DNA of 64,000 nt from Octopus sinensis (Eukaryota): positions 24,428,001 through 24,492,000 of the forward strand of contig NC_043004.1 in NCBI RefSeq assembly GCF_006345805.1. Direction: 5' to 3'. The notes under the pieces were generated by a model. That model was not told the origin of the DNA. It did not search any database and worked only from the letters and a program-made list of their open reading frames with translations. Shown in pieces: positions 1 through 13,218 of this stretch. The position numbers and the translations under genes are program-made. Each line of letters opens with the position of its first letter. The stretch's first letter is position 1.

Positions 1-185
1 CCTGACCTTACCTGGTCATCGAGGTTCAACAAATGTTTTGGCTGCTTCTGAGATGTTATGGCTCAGCTTGAACTCGTAAACCATAAATTTCCGAATTAGA
101 TTAAGTCGCATGCTCATACGAGCGGCTTTCAAATAACATACGAAGGGAAGTAATGAACAACGTGTAAGCGCACCAGTTTTTATCA
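1..185 (-). mobile_element. mariner-type transposon 5' fragment with internal deletion
   Basis: Minus strand reads YEFKLSHNISEAAK, then jumps to NLDDQVRS. This matches the mariner N-terminus (YEF.LGHNA.EA.KNI...NL.D..RSGRP) with the middle of the HTH missing. Confidence 0.6.
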
Positions 186-754
186 GTGGAACCAACAGAC
201 ATATTCTTTAAGTATTTGTGAAAATATTGTACCAGTTTAGAAGCTGTGCGTTTTCTCCTGTGTATAGTTTCTGTCCGTATCATTACATTATTTATCATTA
301 TTTCTATAAAGGTCATCGAATTTCAGTAAAATAAAGCCGTTATTTTGTCATTTTGGTTTACTCAAAGTTCCTTGATTTTGGCAGCTGTTTGATATTTCAA
401 CAAAGTCAATGTGTTTCCGTTGAGTGTTATATGGTAAAGTGCGAATTTTAGATGTATAGCTATACAGTAATTTACATTATCGTGAGTTCTGAAGTATGAT
501 CAGCATTTTTAAATAATTAAACTCGGTGGTATTAATTAGTATTTCCATTTTAAATCCCAATTGGTTGATAATTATAGTCAAAATAACTGACTGAACTTCT
601 TCACTTTCTGAATGCAGTCAATTTATAGTGCGAAATTTCACTCTGAATGTTTCAATATTAACATGTTTGCATTAAAGAGATTTTGAAGTTCAATATCCAA
701 ATTGGAGTAATCTTTCTTCCTAGTAATCATTAACATAAATGCTACATGTGGTCA

Positions 755-900
755 AAGTGGTAGTGATTGTAAGAATCGTTAGAGTATCAGAAAAATACCT
801 TGTACATTGCTTACTTGCTCTTTACGCTTTAAGTTCAAATCTCGTTGAAATTCTTTCATCCTTTCGAAGTCGATAACATATAATACTAGGCAAGCGTTCG
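755..900 (+). mobile_element. degenerate SINE family A copy
   Basis: agaatcgttag...aagttcaaat...tttcatcctttcgaagtcgataa matches the family A copies at 14475 and 34703. Confidence 0.5.
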
Positions 901-1084
901 AGTATGCCTACCTCTGTATTTGTAACCTCATACCTGGGTTAGAATTTATTATTACTACATACGGTTAAAGCGAACAAAAAGCTTAGCGGCATTTCGTCGG
1001 TATTTACTAATCGAGTCAAAGATGACAGGTGATTGTTTATAAACCAAATAGTCAATGTTATTAGCATATCCCTTAAGAGGGGGG

Positions 1085-1884
1085 AGAATATTCTGCAAAA
1101 CGAACTTGGCATGGTGAGAGTTTCTGCTCTCTGTGTGCCACGTCTTCTGACACCTGATCAACGTCTACCAGCCTGATCACATCACTGCAAATTCTTCCTT
1201 TGTTTAAGGCAAATACAACTGGTTTCCTTGAACGTTTACAAACTCAAGATGAGTGTTGTTTTAATCACTTTAAGCCAGAGGCAAAGAGAAAATCCGTGTA
1301 GTGGAAGAACCTCTCCTCACCTGTTCCGAAGTAGGTCAACGTCGTTTCACCTACAGGGAAGATGATAGCCTCAGTTGTTTGTGATGCAAAAGGTATTGTG
1401 TTTATTGACTACCTTCAAAAGAGCCACACTATCAATGAAGAATAGTATGCCAACTTGCTGAGGCAGTTACAAAAAGCTATCAAGGCCAGAAAAATGGACG
1501 AAAGGTGCCTTGTTTCATCAGAACAACGTCCCAGCACACACGTCCTTGCTTTCAATGGCTACTGTGAGAGACTGTGGCTTTGAACTAATTGATAACCGTC
1601 CATATTCTCCTGATTTAGACCCCTCTACCATCTGTTCCCAACACAAAAATAAAAAGCATTTGGCTTGGAATCAGTATCGCAGTGATGATGATGTCATACA
1701 TGCAGTTGATGACTTTTCTTGACTAACTGGGTGAAAGCTTTTTGCAGGTGAGATCCAAGCACTGCAATAGAGATGGAAGCAGAATGAGGACCGCAAAGAA
1801 AGATAATGCTGAAAATTAAATTTCATTTCGTCACATTCCATGAAAGTTTTGCTAAGCATATGAACTTTTCAGTCAACTTTCGTA
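1085..1884 (+). mobile_element. mariner transposase pseudogene (catalytic half) with 3' TIR
   Basis: Translates as ELGMVRVSALCVPRLLTPDQ (WVPR.L motif), TQDEC, GKMIASVVCDAKGIVFIDYLQK, FHQNNVPAH and PYSPDLDPS, with stops and frameshifts. Ends in TIR-like tgaacttttcagtcaactttcg-TA. Confidence 0.9.
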
Positions 1885-2289
1885 AATGTGTGTTCGTTAC
1901 ATGTGAAACGGGTGCTAAGCAGATTAGTAACAATCGATCATGCATTCACCATCAGTAATATAATATAACATCGTTATATTCAGTTTCTGTTCTGTGGATG
2001 TTCTTCAGCTAAATAAATGCACAAGCAGAGGACTGAATCTCTAGCTTCAAATATTTGAGTGTACTTGCCTGTATATATGTATATATAAATATGTGTGTGT
2101 GCGCAGATAGATACTGACATGCACGTTATCTACATATTAATATGAGATATATATATATAAAATATTCATATTTATATATATATATACATGTGTGTGTATA
2201 TATATGAGTGTATATGTATATGTATTTATACATATTTGTATATATATATAATCAAATAATCAAAATAAGCAACATGATATCATGTAGTG

Positions 2290-2377
2290 ATGCAGTACGA
2301 CTGTTTCAAGCGGCTTTATTTAATTGAACAATGTAATCATTGCATCAATTCAGATGCAGTGTCATCATCAGCTGCAC
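2290..2377 (-). ncRNA. minimal type-I hammerhead ribozyme motif (core intact)
   Basis: Minus strand reads GUGCAG-CUGAUGA-(57-nt stem-II region)-GAAAC-AGUC-GUA-CUGCAU. Stem I GUGCAG/CUGCAU pairs fully with one G.U wobble; the cleavage triplet is GUA. Confidence 0.7.
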
Positions 2378-2458
2378 GAATAAATAAATAGAATTTTAAC
2401 CAGTTGGACACATTAATATAATTTTTCTCAAATACTTTAACAAAGCAAAAAGATGGAA

Positions 2459-2567
2459 GAAGTTCATGTTGTCGCTAGCATAGCTAAGAATTGACTACAC
2501 AATGGGCTTCATGCGATTCTTGGAAGTGTAGTCTATTCTTAGTTACAATAGCGACAGCATGGATTTC
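2459..2567. repeat. imperfect ~42-bp inverted repeat (hairpin)
   Basis: catgttgtcgctagcatagctaagaattgactacac versus gtgtagtctattcttagttacaatagcgacagcatg, with a 25-nt spacer. Confidence 0.8.
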
Positions 2568-2846
2568 TCAATACCGGACTGACTTAGTGCTTCAACTTAA
2601 GTACCTAATTCAACTCATTCTCAATTATATATGTATATATAATGCTATCTGGCTTGTTCTATGAAAGAATATCAAACGTGTGCAATATTCAATATCTCGA
2701 TCGAAAATCAAACCGAGCAGCAGTTTCTAAATGTTGACAAGACAAACAGAAACACTGTAGAATGTGCATGCGTGTATATCTAAGTCCATGGGAGTATGCA
2801 TTTGCATGTAAATATGGTTTGACAGAACACATATTTTTGTACTTTC

Positions 2847-3048
2847 TACGGAGAGGTGCTTTAAGGGTATCAAAAAAGGCCTGGCTGTACGCTCAGCTTT
2901 CCGAGTCCTTTTAGAAGGATTAGAAAAAGTAAAGAACCGCTGCAATGTGTGAATCTGAGAGGAGAGTATGTTGAATAAAATGATATTTAATTTCTCCTCC
3001 TGTATTCTCTTTTACCCGAAGCCAGGAACTTTTCAGCACTTCGTCGCA
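2847..3048 (+). mobile_element. short mariner-derived element (3' end / MITE-like)
   Basis: Carries a transposase C-terminal remnant (LEGLEKVKNRC...GEYVE*) followed by the TIR agccaggaacttttcagcac. Confidence 0.7.
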
Positions 3049-3476
3049 TATGTCAAGGTGACTTCCAGATAATGTTCATTTGAAAAGTTGCCTGGATTGA
3101 GTTGTAACATGCAATCTTGCCGTAAACATTTATCCATGTATTGTGACCGGATATGATATTGCAAATTCCCTTCAATGCATCACACACGCGCGCGCGTGCG
3201 CACGCATATGCACACACATACATGCAGACAGATAGATGTGCATAAGGGAAGTGTGTGATGAGTATGTGTGCATGCACTTATGTTTTTCTGGGCGGTGCGT
3301 GTTGGTTTGTAAATAAGGAGGGGCTTTTCTTTCAGACATGAATTCAGCACTTTGAAATCTTAATCTTTCACAGCTACAACAATTTTGTCCCATGGTAACT
3401 GTCCATTAAAAGTGACATGTAAACTATATGTATATGGAGGTATGTATATTAGTGTCTATGAAAATATATATATATG

Positions 3477-3529
<53 letters not shown>

Positions 3530-3700
3530 CGAAAAAGGGATGAAAACATCCAATCTTTCACTTGCTCTTCTATTAAATACCCAATTTTGCAGAGAAAACC
3601 TTACAAATTACATGGGTGTATATTAAATTTATAAAAATGAATACAAAATGGATATATATTTAACAAAGGACAATTCAAAAATACACACAGAAACAAACAC

Positions 3701-3759
<59 letters not shown>

Positions 3760-3760
<1 letters not shown>

Positions 3761-4158
3761 CTCTTTTACTCTTTTACTTGCTTGTCATTTGACTGCGGCC
3801 ATGCTGGAGCACCGCCTTTAGTCGAGCAAATCGTCCCCGGGACTTATTCTCTGTAAGCCCAGTACTTATTCTATCGGTCTCTTTTGCCGAACCGCTAAGT
3901 GACGGGGACGTAAACACACCAGCATCGGTTGTCAAGCAATGCTAGGGGGACAAACACAAACACACAAACACACATACATATATATATATACATATATACG
4001 ACAGGCTTCTTTCAGTTTCCGTCTACCAAATCCACTCACAAGGCATTGGTCGGCCCGGGGCTATAGCAGAAGACACTTGCCCAAGATGCCACGCAGTGGG
4101 ACTGAACCCAGAACATGTGGTTGGTGAGCAAGCTACTTACCACACAGCCACTCCTGCG
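3760..4158 (-). mobile_element. tRNA-derived SINE family B, full length
   Basis: Minus-strand head cgcaggagtggctgtgtggtaag...gggttcagtcccact (A and B boxes), internal TA/TG microsatellite, tail (gtaaaaga)n. Homologous to the copies at 27184 and 47440. Confidence 0.9.
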
Positions 4159-5134
4159 TCTATATATATATATATATATATATATATGAATATAGATATA
4201 TGATTACACCCATACGTATTTATGAAAATACGTGTGTGCGTGTGTGAAGAAGGGCGTAAGAGGCTTATGTTCAATGGAAATAGCCTTCTTGTGTTTTCTG
4301 GTATCTTTCAGAAACCACCTGCCGTGGAATAGCAGCAAAGATAGGTAGTCAACCAAGTGCTGCAAAACGAAGAGAATAACTTCTTCACGTATTGGTAAAC
4401 ACCGCAAAAAATTTTACATCCTGATGAGCTTCAGTGTGAACCTAATTTCCAGTACTAACACACTTGACAAAACTTTGCCTGCGAATCACTCTAAATATCA
4501 CAGAAAGGTTGTACTTGCCTATGCTTCCCAACAATTCGAGCCTCTCTGTTTGTGGCCGTTCTACCACATCGCGTTAGAAAGTTACTATAAAGTACTTATT
4601 GAAAAGATAAGCCACTGAAGACTTTAAACTCCCAAATTGTAACTGCAATTACCAATAACGTATCGGTGTTTTGAAAAAGAAAATGCCGGTTTTCTTACAT
4701 TAGTTCCGGTTTCAATTATTAGACATTCGGAAGAAATAATTCGTAGGCCTTTGCCTACGCTGAGATTTATTACATTTAGTCTAAATCGTAAATAAATACT
4801 GAATTTAGCCTCTACTTCATGATACAGCTACTTGACCCAAATGTCTTACATAGCCCTTTAAAAAGATATATTTTCTTGTAAAATATAAAATAAACCAATA
4901 GGCTTTTTTTACATAACAGTATTAAGAACTTGTAATGTATGTGGCCCATCGTTCCTCCCCCTCTGTCTTCTACTGCTTTGTTTCTCCCTAATTTGTCCCC
5001 TTTTTTAAATCTTTTTAAAGTCTTTATTACTAAATTGTTTTCTTCTTTTGAAAATACACGTAAACTATCATCTGTATGTTAATACCCATCAAGTTATATA
5101 ATTATTCCTATATTTTATACAATAACATTAATGT

Positions 5135-5135
<1 letters not shown>

Positions 5136-5211
<76 letters not shown>

Positions 5212-5239
5212 CAGAAAGATAGATAGAGAGATAGATAGA
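5136..5239. repeat. (GATA)n microsatellite
   Basis: Direct reading. Confidence 0.95.
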
Positions 5240-5584
5240 GTGATACATTATCTACTACATACATACAAATATACATGTATTTTACCATTAGCATGTCATT
5301 AACTCTAAGACGATACATAGACACGCTGCGCTCTCTATGCAACAGACTCCGAATTTAAAAGCTGGACGTAACAACAATGCATTCGCGGCAACAGTAATTT
5401 TGCATATTACTGAGAATGCGACGACATTTTTCTCGTGAAGTTTGTTAGCATAAAAAAAGGAAAGCGTAAGAATATTGTGAATACATAATCAACGTCCGGT
5501 TATATTGAATGTTTAAAGAAACATATGCATATATCTGGGTGTGTGTGTATGTATATATAGTTATACACACACACACACGCATGA

Positions 5585-5635
<51 letters not shown>

Positions 5636-5638
<3 letters not shown>

Positions 5639-5720
5639 TGGGGTGTATACGTCCCCGCAACTTAGCGGTTCGGCAAAGGAGACCGATACAATAAGTACTA
5701 GGCTTACAAAGAATAAACCC
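5636..5720 (+). mobile_element. SINE family B 3' fragment
   Basis: acgtccccgcaacttagcggttcggcaaaggagaccgatacaataagtactaggcttacaaagaataa matches the family B body. Confidence 0.85.
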
Positions 5721-5767
5721 TATGCCCGATATATATTATATTATATATATTCTTTTTGGGTTTTAGG

Positions 5768-5942
5768 GGTTTGTCATTTGACTGAGGCGATGCTGGACCA
5801 CCGCCTTTAGCCGATTTATTCCTTGTAAGCCTAGTACTTATTGTATCGGTTTCATTTGCCGAACCGCTAAGGACGTAAACACACAAACACACCTCACCCC
5901 ACCCCACCACCACACACATATATACGACGGGCTTCTTTCAAT
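5768..5942 (-). mobile_element. SINE family B 3' fragment, inverted relative to 5636-5720
   Basis: tgtcatttgactg...ccgcctttag...tttgccgaaccgctaag...atacgacgggcttctttca, as in the 3760 copy. Confidence 0.85.
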
Positions 5943-6026
5943 TTATATATATATACATGTATAAATGTATATGTATGCATGTACAAATATATATACACAG
6001 ACATGTATATGTATATAAATACATAT

Positions 6027-6082
<56 letters not shown>

Positions 6083-6350
6083 AAATGTATATGCATGCAT
6101 GTACAAATATATATACACATACATGTATATATGTATATATATATATATATACATATATGTATATACATACATATATATATACATACATATATATATATAC
6201 ATACATATATATATATATACATACATATATATATATATACATACATATATATATATATACATATATGTATATATATACATACATATATATATATATATAA
6301 TATATATATATACATATATGTATATACATATATATACATATATATACACA

Positions 6351-6384
<34 letters not shown>

Positions 6385-6562
6385 CATATATGTATATACA
6401 TACATATATGTATATACATACATACATATATGTATATACATACATATATACATATATATATACATACATATATATATATACATATATATATATACATACA
6501 CACACACACACATATATATATATACATATATGTATGTATATAGCATATTTTTACATACACAT

Positions 6563-6602
<40 letters not shown>
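5943..6602. repeat. compound (TA)n/(TACA)n microsatellite
   Basis: Direct reading; this is the source of the YIYI/VCIY pseudo-ORFs. Confidence 0.95.
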
Positions 6603-6605
<3 letters not shown>

Positions 6606-7070
6606 TATATGCTTATATCATATGTAAGTATATATGTATATGTTCGTACATACACATATACACACACCTACTCACACAATTTCACTCATATTGACACTTA
6701 TATAGACACTGTGACCATGCAAACACGTACACATATACAGTCTCTTCTTCATATCATGTAAATTACACAACACGAAATGAACACAGACAGATTATTGCGT
6801 TGAAAGCTTTTTTCTTTCTTTTCAGTTTTTTTTTTTATTCTAAAGATAGCATCTGTATGGAATTTATCTGCAGTGCTGCTCATACAAAATAAAATTTCAA
6901 TAGAGCAGCAGTGGATCTTTTTTAAAAAGTGGCTGAGTTTGAACAAAAAACAATTTTAAAAAAGCCATTTTTGAAAAGACGTTGGAAATGTGAGGATGAA
7001 TATCATATCAGCCTTTTTGGTTCTGATGGCTAATTAGCTAGCATTAGGTTTGATGTTAGATGCATACACA

Positions 7071-7134
<64 letters not shown>

Positions 7135-7137
7135 ATA

Positions 7138-7182
<45 letters not shown>

Positions 7183-7719
7183 GATGTGTGTGAGTGAGTA
7201 TGTACATGGTGAGCTAGATAACACTCAACCATCACGTATGCTGCGTATAGATTACATATGATCACATACATACAGATGCATACACGTCTGAGTATGAATG
7301 CTTGTGTTTATGTATGTATAGGTACATGCGTATGCATATGCAGTTAAATTATTCTTATAAAAGTCAAGTTTTGAACTGATAAAGCTATCTACCATAGTCA
7401 GTGAAAAGCATCTCTCTCAGTTACAGCAAATGTTATTTTGTTTTGTTTTTTCATTCAGTATTCCGAGAAAGAGATGTAGCATTGACGCACTTTGTTACTT
7501 TCCCTCCTCTTCGCCCCAATACTGATAAATACAACACAGTTCTCTGTTGCTAAAATCTAACAGTGTATCAATCTTTCTCTGCGTTGCAACATAGCAGTAT
7601 ATTTTCTGCTGCCCATTGCCAAACAATTACCATCGCCACTCATTCTAGCAAACCATGAACTCTTCTGAAACCCCTGTTGCACTTTTCTTTTTTACGTTTT
7701 GGTACTGGGGTAAATATTT

Positions 7720-7910
7720 ACAGCTGATAATGCTTAGCAGTATTTTCTCCGTCTTTACGTCTTGAGTTCAAATTCCGCCGAGGTTAACTTTGTCTTTCAT
7801 CCTTTCGGGGTCGATAAAATAAGTTCCAGTTGAGGAATGGGGGTCGATATAATCGACGTACCCCCACCCTCACCATTGAGCTTGCTGGCCTAGTGCCAAA
7901 GTTTGAAGCC
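7720..7910 (+). mobile_element. SINE family A
   Basis: B box gagttcaaattccgccgagg and the central motif tttcatcctttcggggtcgataaaataag. Confidence 0.8.
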
Positions 7911-7974
7911 GATAGTTAAAGAAAACTGTGTGTTGTAGTTCTTCTGCTTATAGCTTATTATAAAACATTCTTTT

Positions 7975-8369
7975 ATTTTTTACTTCTTTCAGTCATTTAA
8001 CCGCGCTATCATGGGGGTCCGCCTTTTGGAGTTTTAATCGAGGAAACCGACCACAGGACTTTTTTTTCAAAAAGCCTGATACTAATTCTACTGGATTTCT
8101 TTTGCCCAGCTGCTAAGTTACGGAAACGTAAACAAACCAGCAGCGGTTTCAAGCGGTGATATAGAACAAATACAGGCACAAAGACACGCACATAGATTTA
8201 TACATAAATATACAACGGGCTTCTTTCCTTTTCCGTCTATCAAACCACTTACAATGATTTTGTTGGCCCGAGGCAATAGTAGAAGGCACATGCTCAACGT
8301 GCCACGCAGTGGTATTGAATCTGGAACCATGTGGTTCGTAGAGCAAGCTTCTCACCACACAACCACGCC
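7975..8369 (-). mobile_element. SINE family B, diverged near-full-length copy
   Basis: Colinear with 3760-4158 (ttcagtcattt ... gccacgcagtgg ... caccacacaaccacgcc). Confidence 0.8.
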
Positions 8370-9650
8370 AGTGGTGTTTCTGAATTTTATCAAATAGCTA
8401 GAAATTAATAGAATTTCCGAGTGACACTGCGACCCATATATTGGCAACTACTGCTCTTCACAGATTAAACAACGTCTGGATCTCTCATTTATTTTCAAGT
8501 TAAGTCACGGTTATCTCTTATACAGACACACTTCGCCACGAAAATTAAAGTGTAATTATTTTACTCAAACTTTGCATTAAGTAAAAGCATTGAAGTGAAA
8601 ATCTTTGATAAAAATCGAAATCAGACAAGTTAAGACAGTATTAACATTTAATGCTGTCAGTATTTAAAAAAAATCGCTTATTAAATAGAATTATACAAAG
8701 AAAATACATTAGCTCAACTACTACTGTTCTTCTAACTATTTTGCCAAGACAACTCGACATATTTTTCGGTCTTATTAAACCTCTCCAGCTAAGCATGCAT
8801 GCCATTTGAGTTCATTATTTTACATTTAATTAGCAATTTTTTCATCATTATTTCGGTAAATATTGATTAGAGAACTACTGTTGTGTGCATGAAAATTGTC
8901 ATTACACACAAACATCTGTTTAAAAGAATGACTAAAACAATATCGGCCATTGCCACAATGTTGCCTCTCCTCAACGCACAGTTGATTTTAATTAGCTTTT
9001 TTTATGCGCACATAAAAAATGCTAACGTCAACTTAACTGTTCTTTTCCATATGAATGGCGACTCAAATTAATTTCCTGCTAGCGGTTTGTTTATACAGGT
9101 ACGCAACCGTTTTTCCAACAACTGATGATTTGACACCTCTCTTAATCCGGACATTATTTTGTGAGGACACTTAAATTTTCAGCGATTATTACTAATAACT
9201 TTCTTCGGTGCCAAGCCTCAGAGATACACATTTCTTTATTCACTAGTAACATTTCATAAAGACGAAAACACTCTTCCTCCACCTGACTATAATATGAAAG
9301 TGCAAATGCTTAGAACAAAATCTAGCAGGACGTGCTAACCTTTTAATGACTTTCTCCTTGTGCAGTGCTAATTAAAAATATCTTACATTCACTGCCAAGA
9401 ATACAATGTCCCGGCATAGAAGAGGAAGAAGTAAACATGTCTTTCACAGTCATGTTTTGAAATAGGATCCAGTGAAGTCTAAGGAGTTAACGTTAACACG
9501 AGACATTAAATTTTGGTTTAAGTATTTGTACCTGCATATTTCATACATGAAAGACTAGAAGAAAATCTCCAATTTATAACACGTTTCCAATGAACAAAGG
9601 TGTGTCAAGCGACGTAAATAAGAGTTCAATTCCTGGAATTCATTAGCTTT

Positions 9651-9888
9651 TACGAGGTGCGTTCAAAAAGTATCCGACTTTATTTTTTACCGCCAAAACT
9701 ACTGCTGTGTGAGCAAAATCCTTTGGGTGAAAGATTACTCTACCCTTCCTGCGCGTGCGTAAATATTTTCGTGCCAGCCGAACGACCGCATCATTTCCCG
9801 GCTGTTGCGCATGGAGTACAGACTCGTAGTGCGCGCTCGTCTGATGTTCGTTTCCCCGCAAGATGATCGAACGCGTCGAGCAGAGACC
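9651..9888 (+). mobile_element. mariner 5' end: TIR, 5' UTR and first codons
   Basis: TA-cgaggtgcgttcaaaaagtatccgac TIR; ends with ATG ATC GAA CGC GTC GAG CAG AGA (MIERVEQR). Confidence 0.75.
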
Positions 9889-9899
9889 ATAAAACTATG

Positions 9900-10500
9900 T
9901 TTCATCAACTGTTAGAATGATCTCCGTCAAGTCTGGATCGTGGTTTGCAAAGTGCAGTATGTCCTGAATGATTTCCATGTGGAGTTGCTTTTGTGCTCCG
10001 CCAGCATATTGAGGACGTGTTTCGCCGACGCTCTTCTCATACGCAGATCCTCCGATAATATGGAAGCTACTGATACTGCGCTGATTCCCACTTCGTAAAC
10101 GATTTCCTGGATTACTGCACGAAAGTCTTCCATGACTATTCGCTGAACCTTCTTAATCGGATCCCTTAATCGGATTTCTGTTTGTGGATGGCCTGTCTGA
10201 GCGTATGTCACTCTCCACTGAGATGCGGCTACGTTTCAAGCGGTTATACTACTCCTTCGTCCGAATTCTGCCCATGGCATGATCAACAAAGGCCTGCTCA
10301 ATCTTTTGGATGCCTTGAGCTTGAGTATCACCAAGATTTGGGTAAGACTTGACGCAATATCTCAGCTTGATGCGTTCGGTGAAAGCGAAAATCCGACCAG
10401 AGCGAACAGCATGTCGGTACTCAAAGTGAACTAGCTGGAACTGACGCGGTGTTTCGGCGCAAAAATTTCTTACAAGCACAGATATATATACTCTCGTCGC
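9900..10500 (-). mobile_element. mariner transposase N-terminal pseudogene
   Basis: TERIKLRYCVKSY...GDTQAQGIQKIEQAF and IQEIVYEVGISAVSVASILSEDLRMRRASAKHV (two HTH motifs plus decayed WVP linker). Confidence 0.85.
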
Positions 10501-11099
10501 CTTCTCTCTATTTTCATATTCCACAGAAAGACATTTTGATTTTCTACAAAATATGATTGTGGCATCATTTATTAATTTATCTTTTCCTAATTTCCACGAC
10601 CATCCTGTAAAAACTAATTTTCTAATTTGAATTTTATATCAATACCTCTAGTATACGTGGGTGTTATCTGTAGCAATGTTTCTAGCGATTTTCCAGTTGC
10701 AGTGTATAACTTGAGGTTGTCACTCTGCAAAAGACAGCTAATTTTTGTACGGTAGCACTTGTATTCAAGTACATTGCAGTTTAATTTGTTGTTTAAAGGT
10801 ATCAACTTGGCCAGAAAACGATTGGAAAGAGGGAATCCCCTTGGAATATTTGAATTCTAATCCAGATAGGACTTGTTTTTATATATTCCCGCCTTTTGAC
10901 TATCTACAGAATTGTTATCCAATTAGTCATAACATATTTAATATATCTACTTATTATCGTAGCAACTTCGTTGCTGTCTGTTTCCAGGATTCCATGTATG
11001 ATCAATACTGTTAAAAGCTTTCCGTTAATCAATCCTGTCTTTTCCTGTATTTTCCGGTTATATATCTCTCGCCGAATATTTGATATTTATAAGTCATTT

Positions 11100-11530
11100 G
11101 ATCCTTTGAAGCACTGCTTCTGCCAATGAAGACAAATGTTGCTTTTCCGTTATTTCTCCGTTGTTTATATGCCTTCCATGATATTATTGCATTAGAGCTT
11201 TGTTAGCTGCATAAAGATAGTTTATGGACCTGTAGTTTTTATGGCTTCCGTTTCTTTTGCCTTGAGATTTAAGATGGCTTTTCCATCAAAGGTTAGATAT
11301 TGCAAGTGCACATCTTTCCGTAACTTTGAGGCCCTATCGTTCCTGAAGCTTTCAATAGTTTAATTCCCATAGCGTCTAGGCTAATTCTTAAGGCGACATA
11401 GCTTCCCATAATTGTTTATATACTTTGATCGTTGTATTGAACAGTGTCAGAATTGTGATGCTACACTGTCCACAATCACAGAATTTTTCTACTAATCTTG
11501 CCATTGGTGCTGCATTGATTGCTATTATAA
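11100..11530 (-). mobile_element. heavily decayed retroelement remnant, possibly Penelope-like GIY-YIG region
   Basis: Only faint fragments in plausible order (KVY..., ISWK, CLHWQKQCFK); no clean motif. Confidence 0.3.
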
Positions 11531-13107
11531 TTTTTTCATGTAGTTCTTGATAAATGATTTTGAGTTGAACTGTTTTTTTTTTGTTTTTGCTTTTGTTCAG
11601 AGTCGGTATAGCTTTTCATAGATTGTTTTCGAGTTAGCGATTATCTTTTTTTTTGTTATACTCCTGTATGTAGTCTTACTCTGTTTTTTTTTTTTTATCA
11701 GTATTCTATAGGTGGTCTGAGGTTTGATTATTGTGCACGAGTTATATTTTCTTCTGAGTAAATGCTCTCGGTGTTTTGGGGGGCTTTTTTTCCTTGTGGG
11801 TGTTTTCTTCGCATAGTCTTTCTTTTATGGTTTCTTTCTGTTTCAATTTCTGATCTTTGTTTGAATTTGAGAATGTATCTTCTTAAGTTAGGTAGTTTGT
11901 TCGGTCCCTTCGTTAAGTTTATTTCAAGAATATGTTCTCTCGAATTCTACAAGATTATATTGTATTTTCTTTTGATGACTATAATATGACTGTAGAGTTT
12001 GCATGTCGAATAGAATCGCCTGTTCGTCTAGTGAATGTTTATGTCCCTTTTGTTATATTTACGGAACCTGAGGCGTTAAATCCTTTATTTATGATGGCTA
12101 TAACCTTATCTTTTATATTTAGATCTAGTTTTTAAGCATTAACATAATGCATCTGTAATATTCCTTTCTACTCTTCTTTCTTAATTGTATAATTGTGCTA
12201 GTTGTACATTACGTAATTCAGTGATTCCTAGATATTTGTATGACCGTGGTTTTTAAAATTCTCTTAATTCAATAAATTTACTTAGCAGGTTCAATGTTAT
12301 AAAATTTTTCCTAAGTTTTTTCTTGGTAGATTATTCTCATTCGATGCATATATCAATGTTTCTGATAAATTCGTATACGGTCTGCAGTGGTAGTTTAATT
12401 GTTTATCATTTGGAGCGCACAAAAGATGGTTGATTGAATTACCGTAGCATTTGTATCAGATTCCAGATCCGAGACCTGTTTCTTCAACATGTCAATGCCA
12501 GAAGGAAACCGAATGGAGACAGGGAATTACCTAACAATATTCTTCATTTAATGCAGATATATTTAGTTTTTATTATTCCCCCTTTTACCTGTATCTGCAA
12601 ACTTGTTTGCCATTTATCCACAGCATGTTACTGGTGTTCTTATTCATAACTAGTGTTTTTAAGGCCTACGTGTGAGAAAGCTTTTATAAGTAAATTCATA
12701 TCAAGGCTCAGACAATTTTCTATCCTTCAGTCTTTTGATATGGTTCTGTTATTCACAAACTTTTCTTAACAACCATAAGCATTTGTAGCACACTTTCTGC
12801 GTTTATAAAAACGTTTTTTTCACGCGTTTATTGACTCTGCAAAATTGTTAAGATAAGACACTTTCTAGTTTTTAATAAGATACGTTATTAGACATAGTTG
12901 TAGATTTTGCTACTTCTTTAATCGTGGGAAGTAAGGGGTCCTCTTGGTAAGCTATCAGGTACTGATAACGACAGCATCTCCTTAAACTTTTCTAACAGGG
13001 TGTTTTAAGTGATTGTCGTAGATTTGAAGCCAAAAACGAAAAAGACGTTTGAAAACATTAGAAATACCCTACAATCGAGATGTATAGCTTTATTGTTTTA
13101 TATGTAC

Positions 13108-13108
13108 T

Positions 13109-13203
<95 letters not shown>

Positions 13204-13218
13204 TATTATTATTATTAA

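Noticed and set aside
4312-4344. Possible micro-exon after a good acceptor, in phase with another candidate at 9366-9430
   Set aside because: Weak donors (gtagtc, gtaaac) and an unrecognisable joined peptide; expected by chance in 64 kb.
4421-4427. Isolated CTGATGA boxes (also 9122, 54536, 57170)
   Set aside because: No correctly placed GAAA..UH or closing stems, so not called as hammerheads.
5894-6761. Long ORFs up to 260 aa rich in Y/I/V/C/H/T (similar ones at ~26500, 45300, 48400 and 62700)
   Set aside because: Translations of (TA)n/(CA)n microsatellites, which lack stop codons in all frames.
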